Source: the human T2T-CHM13v2.0 reference genome, Homo sapiens | Assembly: GCF_009914755.1 (NCBI RefSeq) | Contig: NC_060934.1 | Length of the DNA stretch: 64,000 nt | Direction: 5' to 3' (one strand) | Part shown: positions 49,100 to 64,000 of the stretch, one piece after another | Layout of the letters: every line of letters begins with the position of its first letter | How positions within the stretch are numbered: position 1 is the first letter of the stretch | Position numbers and translations under genes: made by a program | The notes under the pieces: model-generated | Told to the model about the DNA's origin: nothing | What the model saw: the letters and a program-made list of their open reading frames with translations, nothing else | Database searches by the model: none

Positions 49100-50605
49100 A
49101 CTTAGTGTAGGAATTTAGTCTTAGTCATTAAATTTAACTAGGTTTAGTCAACTTAATGAAGAAATAACTGATAAAAAATATTAGGAAATATTGTTTGTAA
49201 TTTGAGGGTAAGGAAAGTCTTCATCAAGACCCAAAATGGATTTGTCTTTTTAAAAATTAATAAATTTGACCACATAGACATTTAAAACTTCTTTATAAAA
49301 AGTACAATAAACAAAGGTTGAAAGATAAGTATCAGACAGGAGAAAATACTTGCGACATGTAACAGGATACATTAAAGATACATAAAAAGATACATACAAA
49401 GCAGAATGAAAAAGACAATCCAATAGAACAGTGGACAATCCAATGAACAGAAAATTAGAGAAGAGCTGTTGCACCATATACAAAAATTCACCGAGAATGG
49501 ATCAAAGACCTAAATTTAAGAACTAAAACACCGAGGCTCTTGGAAGAAAACAAAATCTAAATGGTATTGGAGTTGGCCATGATTTCTTGAAATATGATAA
49601 CCAGAGCACAGGCAACAAAAGAAAAAAATAGGCACATTGGACTTCGTCAGTATTAAAAACTTGTACATCAAAGGGAGTGAAAATGCAATTCATAGAATGA
49701 AAATATTTGTAAATCACGTATGTTGATAAGGGATGAATGAATATATGTAGAAGTCCAGCTTAACCATGTAAAACAACACGGTTCATAAATGGGCAAAGGA
49801 CTCGAATAAACATTTCTGCAAAGAAGATATCCTGGTGGCCAGTAAGCACATGAAAAGATGGTCAGCCTCCTTAGTCATTAGGGAAATGCAATTCAAAAGC
49901 CATAATGAAATACCACTTAATACCCATTAGGATGACTATTATAATTAAAAAATGGAAATAGGTGTTTTGGAGGGTATGAAAAAATTGAAACCCTTGTACA
50001 TTGTTGGTAGGAATGTAAAATGATGCAGCTACTCTGGAATACAGTTCGGCAGTTCTTCAGAAAGTTAAACAGAATTATGTGTAGGATCTGGCAATTCCAT
50101 TTCTAGATACATACCCAAAAGAAAGGCAGAGACTCAAAACATGCTTACATGCGGGTGTTCCTAGTAATTCACAACAGACAAACATTAGATAGAAACAATC
50201 AAGTGTTCATTAGCAGATGAAAGGATACGACGTGATACATAGACTAACAATACAATATTCAGCCTTCAAAGGGAGTGAAATTCTGATACATGCTACAACA
50301 TGGATGAACCTTGAGAATATTACATGAAATAAGCCAGGAGCAGGACACATATTTTATGATTCCACATATACTAGGGTACCCAGAATGGTCAAATTCATAC
50401 AGACAGAAACTGGAATAGTAGTTACCAGGGACTGTTTGGTGGTGTCCGGGGTGGGAGTGGGTGTTAAGTTTCTGTTTGGGAAGATGAAAATGTTCTGGAG
50501 ACGTATAGTGGTGATAGTTGCACAGAAATGTGGATGTACTTAAAGACACTGCATTATACTTGTAAAATGGTTAAAATAGTAAGTTTGATGCTGCGTATAC
50601 TTTAC
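49100..50605 (+). mobile_element. Old L1 fragments (L1M/L1MB ORF2 end and 3' UTR)
   Basis: atggatcaaagacctaaat, catgaaaagatg...gtcattagggaaatgcaa, catgctacaacatggatgaaccttga. Confidence 0.85.
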
Positions 50606-51687
50606 CAGGGTAAAAACAATGCAAGAGAAAGATTGCCAGTGCATGCTGAAAATTAAGATTACTAGGAGGATATTTTTCACTCTTGAGACTAATGACAACA
50701 ATTGAATGTTGGGAAGCACAGTATGTGGGAGTGTGTAAGTGGGTCTTGCTAGTAGGGGATGTCACTTTAGCAAAATCTGTTGGAAGTTGCTTATCTTTTG
50801 TGTGTATTAACATGAAGATTTTCTCAGTTGAATAAAACAAGTTAAAGAATACTTTCTTTGTTGTAAAACAGCATATTTATATACATTTATAAATGCATTA
50901 AGTTCTAGAAGGATACATGAGTAAAAATATGAATTTAAAAATTAAAGTCACAGATTTAGGTGTTGTCACCTACCTACCTTATGGTTTTTTCCTACTACAC
51001 TTACATACCTCTTCATAATCTGCTCTATGTTTCCCATGTAACACCACTATTACAAAATAGATAAAGCAGGCTGCCTTTGTAGCAGTAATTTGAGTTTCAT
51101 GTGTCCCCATGTCCTGCTCAGTATTACAGCAACTGTCAAAACACAACAGGAAAGTAATGATTAGAAGTGCACTTATTACCAGTATCATTTTAGATCTTCT
51201 GTATATTGAAAAGGATTTGAGATACCAGAAAAATATAGGTAAGAAATAAAGTTTGACTTTAGTTTATGCTCTTTACAGTAGTTTGCAAGGGTACCTATAA
51301 CAAGAGTTGAAGTGATAATATTTTAAACCCTAGAAAGAGGTTATAGCAACAGATTTTTATGCGTCTAGTCTTTGGTAGGCTGCCCTGCCCCAGCAGAATT
51401 TGGAAATACAAGTGAATAATTTATAATTATAAAGCATTAAGAAGTTTTGTCTCTTAAATACATAGAATTTAAAATCAAAGGGTGATATTTACAGCACATA
51501 TCAAATAATTGGTCAGATATACAAGTCACAGAAATGTCAAATGGGAGAGTGAAGGAAAGTTTAAAATAGCTTAGGAAGAGATCACAAAATATCCTTTGAA
51601 AGATCATAGGCACACACAAGTCAACACTAGAGCTAAAACCAGATATTATTCCATTACTAAAGAGTGATTTTGAAAGACCATTTAAAG

Positions 51688-51893
51688 TAGGAGTATCCAA
51701 TCTTTTGGCTTCCCTGGGCCACATTGGAAGAAGAAGAATTGTCTTGGTCCACACGTAAAATAAACTAATGATAGCTGATGAGCTTTTAAAAAAATTGCAT
51801 GTTTTAAGAAAATTTACAAATTTGTGTCGAGCCACATTCAAAGCTGTCCTAGGCTTCATGTGGCCCGTGGCCCATGGGTTGGACGAGCTTGAT
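51688..51893 (+). mobile_element. MER30 hAT MITE
   Basis: tccaatcttttggcttccctgggccacattggaagaagaagaattgtcttgg...ggttggacgagcttg. Confidence 0.9.
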
Positions 51894-52198
51894 CTATAGT
51901 AGTCTAGGTTTCCTTAATGCTTGGAAAAGTTTGCATTGAAGCAGTGAGAGTAGGGCTGATATATTCTTCAAGCGCAGAAGAAAGCATTGAACTGACTTTT
52001 TAATGAAAAACACTACATTCTCTCACGTAAATTCATTCTTTGTGTTTAGCTCTTTTCAAAGATGTGGATTTTCTGTTTATGTTCAGTTTGTTGCAAACAT
52101 GTAAAACATGTTATTAAGCATATTAGCCTCATATCCTAACAAATTAGACAAAAAGGTTTCAGACAAATGAAGTTGTTAATTAAAATTATGTATTTGTA

Positions 52199-52531
<333 letters not shown>

Positions 52532-52974
52532 CTATACTAAAAGTACACTGATTTTTTTTAAGTTATTCCAAAGTTTTGTTGCCTTTGTGTTTACAAAAGG
52601 TGGTTTATTTTTATAAGATTATTTAAAATAAGTTTAAGTTAAATTTGTCTCTACATAGTGTTACTTAGCTTTATGAATATAGCATAAAATGAGCTATTCA
52701 TTGTTTTCTTTGACTGTTACGTCGATGGAAGTGTAAGGCCTACCTTCCCAGCATTATCAGGTGTTTTTTTTTTTTTTATTGTTTAGCATTATCAGTTTTG
52801 AGGCCAATCAAGATGATTGGCCTAGAAGTTAAATGCGAATGCATGTGTACATGCTCCTGTTACCTGTATTGAAGAATGCTGTCATTAACTGGCACCCAGG
52901 CAGCAAGTGTATGTTGATGCCATTTTGGTGCCGAGTCCTGTTTTCTACAAGGGCTACAGAGAAAAGTACAACAA

Positions 52975-53255
52975 GGCCCGGCGTGGTGGCTCATGCCTGT
53001 AATCCCAGCACTTTGGGAAGCCGAGGTGAACAGATCAGTTGAGGCCAGGAGTTCGAGACCAGCTTGGCCAATATGGCAAAATCCCATCTCTACTAAAAAT
53101 ACAAAAAATTCGCTGGGTGTGGTGGCATGCACCTGTAATTCCAGCTGAGGCAGGAGAATCACTTGAACCCGGAGGCAGAGATTGCAGTGAGCCAAGATCA
53201 CGCCACTGCGCTCCGGCCTGGGTGACAGAGAACGACTGTATCTCAGGAAAGAAAA
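52975..53255 (+). mobile_element. Alu (S-type) with small right-arm deletion
   Basis: Alu consensus. Confidence 0.9.
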
Positions 53256-54571
53256 GATACAACACAATTCCTCTCCCGAGGAAGCTCATGTTCCTAGTAC
53301 AAAGGAGGGATAATAAATGTTATGTAATAGAAGATACTGAGTAATACACTAGATTTGTGTAAGGGCACTCCAAACCAAAGGGGAGGGGCACCCAATCAAC
53401 ACTTTAAATATAAAACTTCTACCTTTTATACTATTTCAGTGATAAAACTAAAACTACCTCTCAGAATAGCATTTTATGTTTGTATTATTAAACTCAGCTT
53501 TTAGTATTATACATGTAGATTGAGGCATGTAACATAAGAAATATGTAAATAACTTACAACATGCTTTGGAAGGACGTTTGTATGTGTGTCTTTGGTTGAG
53601 AGAGTGGAGCAATAAAAAAAGTGTAAATATAGCATGCTGAAGACCTGCATGGATAAAAGATTTCGCTTCTGTCCCTGATCGTATCTTTATTCAATTCAGT
53701 TCTCCACATTGTGCTATATTTTTTCAATTTTGCTTTATGTTTTTCTTTTGTTTGTTTTTAAAGTTAAAAGGAACCTTGGAGGTTCTCCAGTCTATTTTTG
53801 CATAAACAGCAAGTAGTGCCAGAATCACACATAGAACTTCTACAAGTTGTTAGATATGCCCAGGCTTCCGTTCAGTAAATGTGGCTTGGAGCCCAGGTAT
53901 CTGGTTTGTTTTGTTTTTTAACTTTAGAAGTGATTCCGATGAGCAGTCTGTTGAGGACTAATACCTTTATTAAAAGGTTTAATAAAATCAAACCTTTTCA
54001 TAGAGAAGTTGTGGCCTTCAGAGATGTCACTTGCCCAAGAGTCCCATAAATATTAAGTAGAATCAACTGGTTTCCACACTACTCACCTGTAATTCCCCAA
54101 AACTGCAAAAGAAGTCTATCCTTGGGGTAAATAAACAGAAATTAAGGATGTTTTTGTTATTTTTTGTTAATGATGATGTGTATTTTTTTTATTTTGGAGT
54201 ATTTTCCCTTTTGCTTGGCTTGATGAGCAACACTGAAGGATTTTTAAGCCCTTCTGCTAATTTTCATGTCTCGTAGATTTGGTAGCACCAAATAAAATTG
54301 TAAACACCTTGCACTTTCTTCTCCAACTTGTTTCTGTTAAAAGCAGAAGAAAATTTACAGAAATAACAAAGAATGAGGATAATTTCAGGGGGATATTAAT
54401 ACTAGTTTAATTCATGCAGTAAGTAGAAATAAAGAGTTTATTTCATTATTAATATTAATCAGGATGCCCCCAAGTTGTGTGTGAAAGAACCTTTAAGAGG
54501 GATGTGATCTGGAGAATACTGCTAATATGCTCTATAATTGATTGCCCCATAAAATACAATAGCTGACAGCA

Positions 54572-54856
54572 GTTTTTTGGTTTTTTTTTTTTTAGACAGG
54601 GCCTCACTCCCATTGCCTAGGCTAGATTGCAGTGGCTGAATCACGGCTTAATGCAGCCACGACTTCGTGGCTCAGGTGGTTCTCCCACCTCAGCTTCCTG
54701 AGTAGCTGGGACCACAGGCGCAAGCCACCACAGCTGGCTAATTTTTTGTATTTTTAGTAGAGACGGGGTTTTGCCGTGTTGCCCAGGCCGGTCTTGGAAA
54801 TCCTGGGCTCAAGCCTTGCAAAATGCTGGGATTATAGGCGTGAGCCACCACGTCCA
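54572..54856 (-). mobile_element. AluJ
   Basis: Antisense Alu consensus. Confidence 0.9.
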
Positions 54857-56709
54857 TCTGACAGCAGAATTTTCGCAAGGAAAACATTTATCGTTTTATT
54901 TGAGTTTCTTTATGCTTGTCTATGAATCCAGAACAGTAAAGCTGAAAATAATAGGCAGTCTGCTGGATTCAAGCACCTTCCTTTAAAAGTGTATACCCTT
55001 ACGCAAATAAAAATATCTTAGTCCTTCTGAGTTCATCATGGTTAATCAACACATTTTTGAAATGTACTTAAATCAGCTGTGAGATCCACACTTTAGAGAG
55101 CTATTATCCCTAGTTCTTTCGACCATTATAGTAGTGTAAAAAGACTCATAGGGGAGTCTGTTTTCAATAAGCTTGCTAGTACTGTATATATGATCTTGAA
55201 AATCTTAAAGAAATAGGTTGTTTCTAGTTTTATACTAAAAGCAAACAGAGTGCTGTTGTGATAGTCTTTGAATTTTCTCCTGATTTACATATATCTGAGT
55301 TTCACTGAGGGTGTGTACCTAAAGGGGAATTACTGGGTCATGTAGTGTTCGTATCTTCAACTTTTCTAAATAATGCCAAATTACTTTCCAGTGTGGTTAT
55401 ATCAATTTATTATCCATCAGAAATGTTGAGTAAATGTTCTCATTACTCTTTGCCAACATTTGGTATGTCTGACTTTAAAATTTTTGCATTATGGTGAGTG
55501 TAAAGGGTTATGTTGCTTTATTTTACATTGTCCTGATTCTGAATGAAGTTGAGCATCTTTTCTTGAATTTCCTAGGCATTCAAGTTCCTTCTTTGAAATA
55601 ATGTCTTCTGTACATTTTTCTATTGGGCAGTTTGTCTATTTTGACGTATAGAAATTCTTTAAATAGTCTGATTACCACTACTTTGAATATAATTGTTCTG
55701 CTTTTTGTAACTTTACACATCTGCTTGGTGTTATGGATACCTTTCTGTGTTTTCCTCTAAGAGTTTTAAAGACTTAAATACCTACACAAAAGTTCAGTCT
55801 ACCTTTAACTGGCTTTGTTTTAAATGTAAGTTTTTATATTTGGCAGGGCATGTCCTGCTGGCAGTGTTCTTTTTCTTCAGGTTATGGAATCTTCAGGATT
55901 TATGTTACTAGCTTGTCAAATAGTATTAACAGTGCTCTTGGGGCTTTGATTACAGTTACATTAAATCTATATAAATAATTGAAACAACAGCTTTCAAATA
56001 ATTTTCCATGCATATTTTATACATCCTTTATTTCTAAATACTATGAGGTGGGTTGTTTTTAATATTAAAGTGTCCTTTTTAATAATCTTAAAATGAAACA
56101 AATAGCTCATTGCCTTATATATTGAATTACAAAAGGGAAGTATGTAGTTACAAAACTCAGTTATTAAGTATAAAAGTCTCTTCTCATCACATCTTTAGCC
56201 CATTTTGGGTGTAACCACCTTGGTGTACCTACCCTGATTTGTATTAAGACCAGTGTCTTATTGAGGTAGGTTGTTACTGTGGCCATAAACATTTTTCACC
56301 TTATTTCATGAGATATAAATTAAATCCTGTAGAATTATATTGTCCTTTTATCCTAATGGAAGCTTATTTGAATGTGTGGTTAATAAATAATTATCTTTGA
56401 GATAGCATTGGTGGTAGACAGATTGGTACTTTTCAAATCAGATATGGGTATGATTTACCAGGTTTTATGGCTTCAGGTTATCTAACCTTTCTTGTTCAGC
56501 TTTCTTACCTATGAAATAGGGTGAGAAATGTCTAAATCATTATTCTAGTCATGTGAATGTTTACTGAGCATCTTCTGTGTGCTCCAGTGTGTAAGGGTTA
56601 AATGAGATTACTTACGTTAGGTGCCTGGCACATGAGAGGTGTTCCTTTGATGTTTGTTCCAATTTTCTCTATTCAGGTAATTTTTCAGGCTGATTATCTT
56701 TTTATTTAG

Positions 56710-56955
56710 AATCTACATCAGGAGACAAACCCGTATCACATTCTTGCACAACTCCTTCCACGTCTTCTGCCTCTGGACTGAACCCCACATCTGCACCTCC
56801 AACATCTGCTTCAGCGGTCCCTGTTTCTCCTGTTCCACAGTCGCCAATACCTCCCTTACTTCAGGACCCAAATCTTCTTAGACAATTGCTTCCTGCTTTG
56901 CAAGCCACGCTGCAGCTTAATAATTCTAATGTGGACATATCTAAAATAAATGAAG
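56710..56955 (+). CDS. WAC: WAC coding exon 8, 246 nt, phase 1-1
   Basis: ttatttag|AA TCT ACA ... GAA G|gtaaat. Translates [16 protein letters not shown]...[35 protein letters not shown]. Confidence 0.97.
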
Positions 56956-57647
56956 GTAAATCTTCATAACAGTTTTTTAAAAATTTATTTGCATTGTGCA
57001 AAGTTATGTAAGTAGTAAAATCCCCAGTTTAGGAATGGTCTTTGTTTTCTTTTGAAATTTATAGTTGAACACTTTTTTTTGTTTTGTTTTTTGTTTTTGG
57101 AGTTTGGAAATTTATATCCACTGTAGTTTAAGACCATTGGTAGTATAATTGAGTTAGTGGTGCTTGGATCTTGTGTATATTTTTCAATACTTGTTATGTG
57201 TCTGGTAGTTACTGGAGGTAAGCCATTCTATATACATAATGTGTATGGTGAAATTTTACATTAAAACAATCGAGCGTTTGTTGAAATCGGTATTAAAACT
57301 TCTGGTATGTTTCTAAAAAACCTGTATAAATAATTACTCAGAATATTTAAAATATGCTAATTACTAGAAAAGTAGGAATTCAGGTAGCTACTTAAAATAC
57401 TTTCAAAAAATTCTGAGAAGGGAGGAGATAGGTACTAGATAAAATGTTGCCATTTTTTTCCTGGTGAATTGCATTATTTAATTCCAGCCTTGCTTTTCAG
57501 TAATGCTACTTACGTTTCAGAATATTTAGTCAGCCACTTTGAAAAAGTATGAATAAAAGTAGATGTGTTAATTTGGAAACTATTCAGATTCACACGTTAA
57601 TTCCTAAAAGCACTGCAAAATTTTCTGTTGAAAATGATAAATTTTTA

Positions 57648-58749
<1,102 letters not shown>

Positions 58750-59223
58750 AATACTCCCTTTTTTGTATCCATTTTTAGATTTATTAGGGTGGATCTTGAT
58801 ATAGGATTTGAATGGCCAGCTTGTCTAAAAGGGCAATCACATGAAATAGCAGTTGTTTATCCAGTTAATTCCATATAACATACTGAACACTCACATATGA
58901 ATAGGTTTCTGACATAATCGGAAGTTCCTGTGAACACTCGTTAAATTTTGTAGAGAGACTTTGTTCAGGTGATCATCTTAATTAGTGTAAAAGAAACTCT
59001 GTTGGTTTACCTTTATTGTAAACCCATTAAGTTTCTTTTTCTCTGCCTCAGATCATTTCAAATTTGGGACCCATTGTATTACTCCTATCTAGTAGGCTTT
59101 TATTTTGAGAGTTCTAGGTTGAAATATTCCAGTTTCTTGTGAGTTCTCTTCCTTGTCAGGTTGTTACTAATGCCACATAAGCCTCTTGTTTTTATATGAA
59201 TGTATGAAATAATATGTTTTTAG

Positions 59224-59346
59224 TTCTTACAGCAGCTGTGACACAAGCCTCACTGCAGTCTATAATTCATAAGTTTCTTACTGCTGGACCATCTGCTTTC
59301 AACATAACGTCTCTGATTTCTCAAGCTGCTCAGCTCTCTACACAAG
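59224..59346 (+). CDS. WAC: WAC coding exon 9, 123 nt, phase 1-1
   Basis: gtttttag|TT CTT ACA ... CAA G|gtattc. Translates [41 protein letters not shown]. Confidence 0.95.
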
Positions 59347-59779
59347 GTATTCTTACTCATCTTAGATATCTCTAGAATGGCATCTTGATTTTGTTTTGGA
59401 ATTAATAGCCCTTTTTTGTATTTAGTTTTTTCTTTCATTTTTTTTTTTAGTTTTTTAAGAGATTAGCTACAATAATTTTGTTTTTTTTGTAACACTGGCA
59501 TATACAGTAGTATTTTTATTTCCTTTCTTTTTAGATGAAGCAAGCTTTGACATTTGTCTTAAGGTATTGCCATCAAATCTGTAATTATTTAAGACAGTAT
59601 TTAATTCAGACTTTGTTATTAATGAGTTTTTTTATGCCAAAGCTGAAAGTAAACTATGATGTGCCATATATCTTTGTGAAACATTGCATGTATTTGAAGA
59701 GTTGAAGTTTGGTTCAGATTGACGTTAGATGTTTTTTGACTGGATAATATGGAAATGCTCATTTTCTGCCTTGAATTAG

Positions 59780-60006
59780 ATATCCCTCTTCATGAAGGTA
59801 TCCAAATGGAGAGAGATACACATAGGAGCAAATGGGAAGTGAAAGGGTCACTTTGTCAGAAAGCTGATAAACAGCAGGAATGCCTTGTCTGGAATGGAAG
59901 TATAATGGTGCAAAGACTCTTGCAACCCTCTGGCTAGCCTCATGAGCAGGAGACTGCGTGGGATACCTGGGCCTAAATGTAGAATAAGAAAGAAGAAATA
60001 AGGATG
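59780..60006 (+). CDS. WAC: Candidate alternative, stop-containing WAC exon in intron 9
   Basis: ttttctgccttgaattag|AT is in frame with exon 9. Adds 52 aa (DIPLHEG...LLQPSG), TAG at 59935-59937, donor ATG|gtgagg at 60006. Confidence 0.5.
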
Positions 60007-60298
60007 GTGAGGAGGCCTTCCATGTGAGATTAGGTTCAGGCCTAGCTTCCTGTTCCAGCCACATAAAGGAGAGTGGGCCACACTGGGTGTGCTTACCTCT
60101 GAACACACAGCTCACTTAGTCAGTGTGGCCCAGTGAGAAGGTCAGATTCTGATTTATTCCAATAAGTGTTCTCTGGGTAATATGGGGGTGGGGGGGTTTA
60201 GAGTAATACAAATATCTTTGCCACATATATTACAAAGGACTTTAGTTTTTTGTTTTGTTTTGTTTTTCTTTAAAATTAATTGCTTCCCTCTTTTACAG

Positions 60299-60447
60299 CC
60301 CAGCCATCTAATCAGTCTCCGATGTCTTTAACATCTGATGCGTCATCCCCAAGATCATATGTTTCTCCAAGAATAAGCACACCTCAAACTAACACAGTCC
60401 CTATCAAACCTTTGATCAGTACTCCTCCTGTTTCATCACAGCCAAAG
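60299..60447 (+). CDS. WAC: WAC coding exon 10, 149 nt, phase 1 to 0
   Basis: ccctcttttacag|CC CAG ... AAG|gtatgt. Translates [50 protein letters not shown] (ORF 60280..60462). Confidence 0.97.
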
Positions 60448-61524
60448 GTATGTCACCTTTGAGGGACATTCGGAAAAGAAACTACTTACTTTTGGAAAGT
60501 CAATAACATTTTAGAATCTGTTATAGAAAAAGCCCTCTGAGAATGAGGTGTAGTGGTGGAATGAATGACAGGTATGATAGTAGATGCAGCCTAGAATTTC
60601 TCAGTTCACTGAGGGATAGAGGGGGGCTTTGAATCTGTGCTACTTTAATAAACCATCTGAGTCTGTTCCCTAATGGTTTTGGGATTTGTCACATGGAGAG
60701 TGAGATAAAGAGGATATACTGAGTCTTAATATTTGTAGAATTTTCAAACTCCAAAAGACATGAATGAACATGTTTTCCAGTGACTTTTCCATATTTGTAT
60801 TTCAAAAATGAGGCAGTTTCTGTGCTAAGAACTTAATGTATGTTTAGCTTTCACATCGTGAGAATCACTTGCTTTATTTAATAGATGAGAAAATCAAACT
60901 CTCAGTTAAGTTTTTGTGGTAGAGTCAGAATTTGAAACCTAGGTGTTTGTGAATACAGGGACCCATTTTACTAAGCTTATATTGCCTGTATTTGTCCCAG
61001 CAGAATCTTACATGGTTGGCTCCATAGGTGCAGTTAGAAAATTGCTGGTCTAAATGGTAAATGTAGGGGGAATTTCTTTTGAGTAGTTTTGAAACAGTGG
61101 GCTGTTTCAGACTTTTTAATGCCAAATAATTCTTTGTAAGATATTAAGCAGAAGCCCAAAAATAAAAATGCATTGAAATATAACTTGAAAGAGGTGGTTG
61201 GTCAGCTTTTAAGTCTTCCGTTTGTTCATCCCTTCCCTACCTTGGCCATTGATCATTGCATGTTTTAGGGTCAATTTAGATTGATTTTTAAAATTCCAAG
61301 TTACAGTTGTTAGTTTATTATGCAGTTCCTTATCATTTGCCAGTATTTTAAGGAGGAAAGAATTAAAATGTGAGTTTTGGCAAAAGAGATGTTATTTTTG
61401 GAGCTTAGAACTTGTCTTCAGGGTGGCATTTTAAGAGTATAGTAAATAGTGGTTAAAAGTGAAATAAGTGGTAGTATTGGTTTTATAGTCACTTGTAAAC
61501 TGAGCATTTCAACTCCTTTAAGAA

Positions 61525-62041
61525 GGCTGGGCGCGGTGGCTCACAGCTATAATTACAGCACTTAGGAGGCCAAGGCAGGAGGATTGAATTAGGCCCTGGG
61601 CAATATAGCAAGACCCCATCTCTACAAAAATAATTTGAAAATTTGCTGGGGGAGGCCGAGGCAGGCAGATCACTTGAGGCCTAGAGTTTGAAACAAGCCT
61701 GGCCAACAGGCAAAACCCGGTCTCTACTAAAAGTACAAAAATTATCTGGGTGTGCTGGCACAGACCTATAATCCCAGCTACTCGGGCGGCTGAGGCATGA
61801 GAATCACTTGACCTGGGAAGTGGAGGTGCAGTTGAGCCAAGATCACGGCACTGCACTCCAGCCTGGGCAAGAGAGTGAAACTCTGAAAAACTTTCTTGGG
61901 CATGGTGATGTGCACTACTCAGGAGGCTGAGGTAGGAGAATCACCTGCGCCTGGGAATTCAAGGTTGGAGTGAGCCAAGATCACGTCACTCTGCACTTGA
62001 GAGTAGGCAACCAGACTAAGACCCTGTCTGGAAAAAAAAAA
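61525..62041 (+). mobile_element. Nested Alus: a 5'-truncated Alu (~61648-61890) inside an older AluJ
   Basis: Left monomer, then a second left plus right, then the host right monomer and A tail. Confidence 0.8.
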
Positions 62042-62575
62042 TCCTTTAAGCAGGTAGCTGTTCGTTTTTTGTGTTCCAAAAACTTCTTCAAGTTGTTTTT
62101 AAAATAATTGAACATTTGAGCTTTTATGTAGTGCTTATAAAATGTTCTTTATAAGACTTGACTAGAATTGATAGGTAATATTCAGAAGTTAAGCAGGACA
62201 TTCCAGATTTGTTAGGGAGAATTATTAATCATATCCCCTCACCCCACCAAAAGAAAAACAGCAGTGAGGTGTGACTTAATCACAAAGGACTCCATCTGCC
62301 TTTGTGCCTCAATTTAGAGCTTATATTTTAAACTGCTTTTCTCTATGTGGCTTCTGAATATAATACATATCCTGATTGGCAATCATGGACTTCAGTCTAC
62401 CTCTGTAGAGTAACATCTCTTTGAAAAACTCTCATGTTGAACTTTATATGGGCCATAACTCATTTTCTGATAGCCCAATCACATATTTCTCCATATCATT
62501 AAAATCTAAGCATCCATATGTGTATGATGTGGTAGCATACATAATTTACTTTTATTGATATAAAAGTAACAGTAA

Positions 62576-62916
<341 letters not shown>

Positions 62917-63104
62917 CTAGTTTGATAGGGAAGTAATTTTATGACCTTGGGCCATTTTCACAAAGAAATGAGATCTAAGTTTCAGAACTTGACTGTCTTC
63001 TTTAAAACACCACATTTTACATGTTTCAAGACGATTACCTAGATTTTGGGGGGAGAGATGTGGATTAGATTTGGAGACCATCTCACCAGATTTTGACATT
63101 TCAG

Positions 63105-63223
63105 GTTAGTACTCCAGTAGTTAAGCAAGGACCAGTGTCACAGTCAGCCACACAGCAGCCTGTAACTGCTGACAAGCAGCAAGGTCATGAACCTGTCTCT
63201 CCTCGAAGTCTTCAGCGCTCAAG
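63105..63223 (+). CDS. WAC: WAC coding exon 11, 119 nt, phase 0 to 2
   Basis: catttcag|GTT AGT ... TCA AG|gtaggt. Translates [39 protein letters not shown](S). Confidence 0.96.
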
Positions 63224-63839
63224 GTAGGTTGATATTGTATATTGAGACCACATTGTTTTATTTAATGATGGTACACTGCATTGTTTGAATATTATATCTG
63301 TAAAATAGAACTTAACCTTTAAACTCCATGAATACCCTAAAGTAGGCTTACATGTTGTAAAATTTACAAAGACAAACCTGTATACAAGAGGTAGGTTATT
63401 GTCTCTAGTAGTGAAGCCCGGGTTATTTTGAAGAAAGTGGCTCTTTAAAATTTTACACAGTGGAATATGACGGGGCTAAAGATTTGTGATACTTGTACCA
63501 GAAAGGCACACGATTTTACAATATTTGTTGGAATTACCTTACTTTTTAACCTCCTCATAGCAGTTTTGGTTTGAGTATATTGATGAAAGCCAAAGTCTGG
63601 TATCTAAAACTTGGGCCAATGTTTCCCAACTGGTATATGTCAGGCTTTCCCAATAGCTTAACTGTGACCCTATACGGATGGCTTTTTAGATAGTTCTATA
63701 CTGCTGTATTGTGTTAGCACTTTTCTTTGTTCATTAACAACACAACTTTAAATGACATTTGTTGAATGAATGGTTTTCATTTGATTGATTTTCCTGTTTT
63801 TTATTTCATGCTATGAGGTAGCAAAATAATTCAACTGTT

Positions 63840-64000
63840 GTTTTTATTGTTGTTTTCTAAACAAGCATTTCAGAACTTACACCTCCAAATGAGAGTTGTT
63901 CCCTTCAAAATAATGACCTTGGGAAGCTGTCTACTTACTCCAGCAATGTTGCCATTGCTCTGAACATTTTTGGGAAATTCTTCTTTTAAATTGTTTTTAG
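63840..64000. mobile_element. MARNA-like mariner relic running to the window end
   Basis: ccttcaaaataatgaccttgggaagctg...atgttgccattgctc...acattttt. Confidence 0.55.

Overview
Human/primate genomic DNA: an internal 64 kb of the + strand gene WAC (WW domain-containing adaptor with coiled-coil, partner of the RNF20/RNF40 H2B ubiquitin ligase). Eight coding exons were read directly from the sequence, each with GT-AG boundaries, forming one continuous frame. They are called exons 4-11 from my recollection of the canonical transcript: 31959-32065, 38293-38408 (WW domain), 39276-39388, 44282-44590, 56710-56955, 59224-59346, 60299-60447 and 63105-63223. The first 32 kb is one long intron. The rest is intronic and carries about 38 Alu copies or fragments, L1/L2/MIR, LTRs (MER31, MST, MER21) and DNA transposons (MER2, MER1B, Tigger3, MER58, MER30, MARNA). 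Repeat names come from recalled consensus sequences and repeat coordinates are approximate. Almost all ORF-track entries are Alu or random ORFs. The most interesting signals are RNA-level. (1) A ~95-bp direct repeat flanks the frame-preserving exon 7, and a 14-nt segment can pair either locally or across the exon, which suggests a competing-structure splicing switch; next to it a hairpin displays ACUAAC in its loop. (2) Phase-1 exon modules make an exon 4-7 circle a stop-free 645-nt ORF. (3) A ~160-nt near-perfect fold-back of unrecognised origin lies in intron 3. (4) Candidate poison or truncating exons would remove the coiled-coil. (5) A near-pristine AluYd8 sits just upstream of exon 11.
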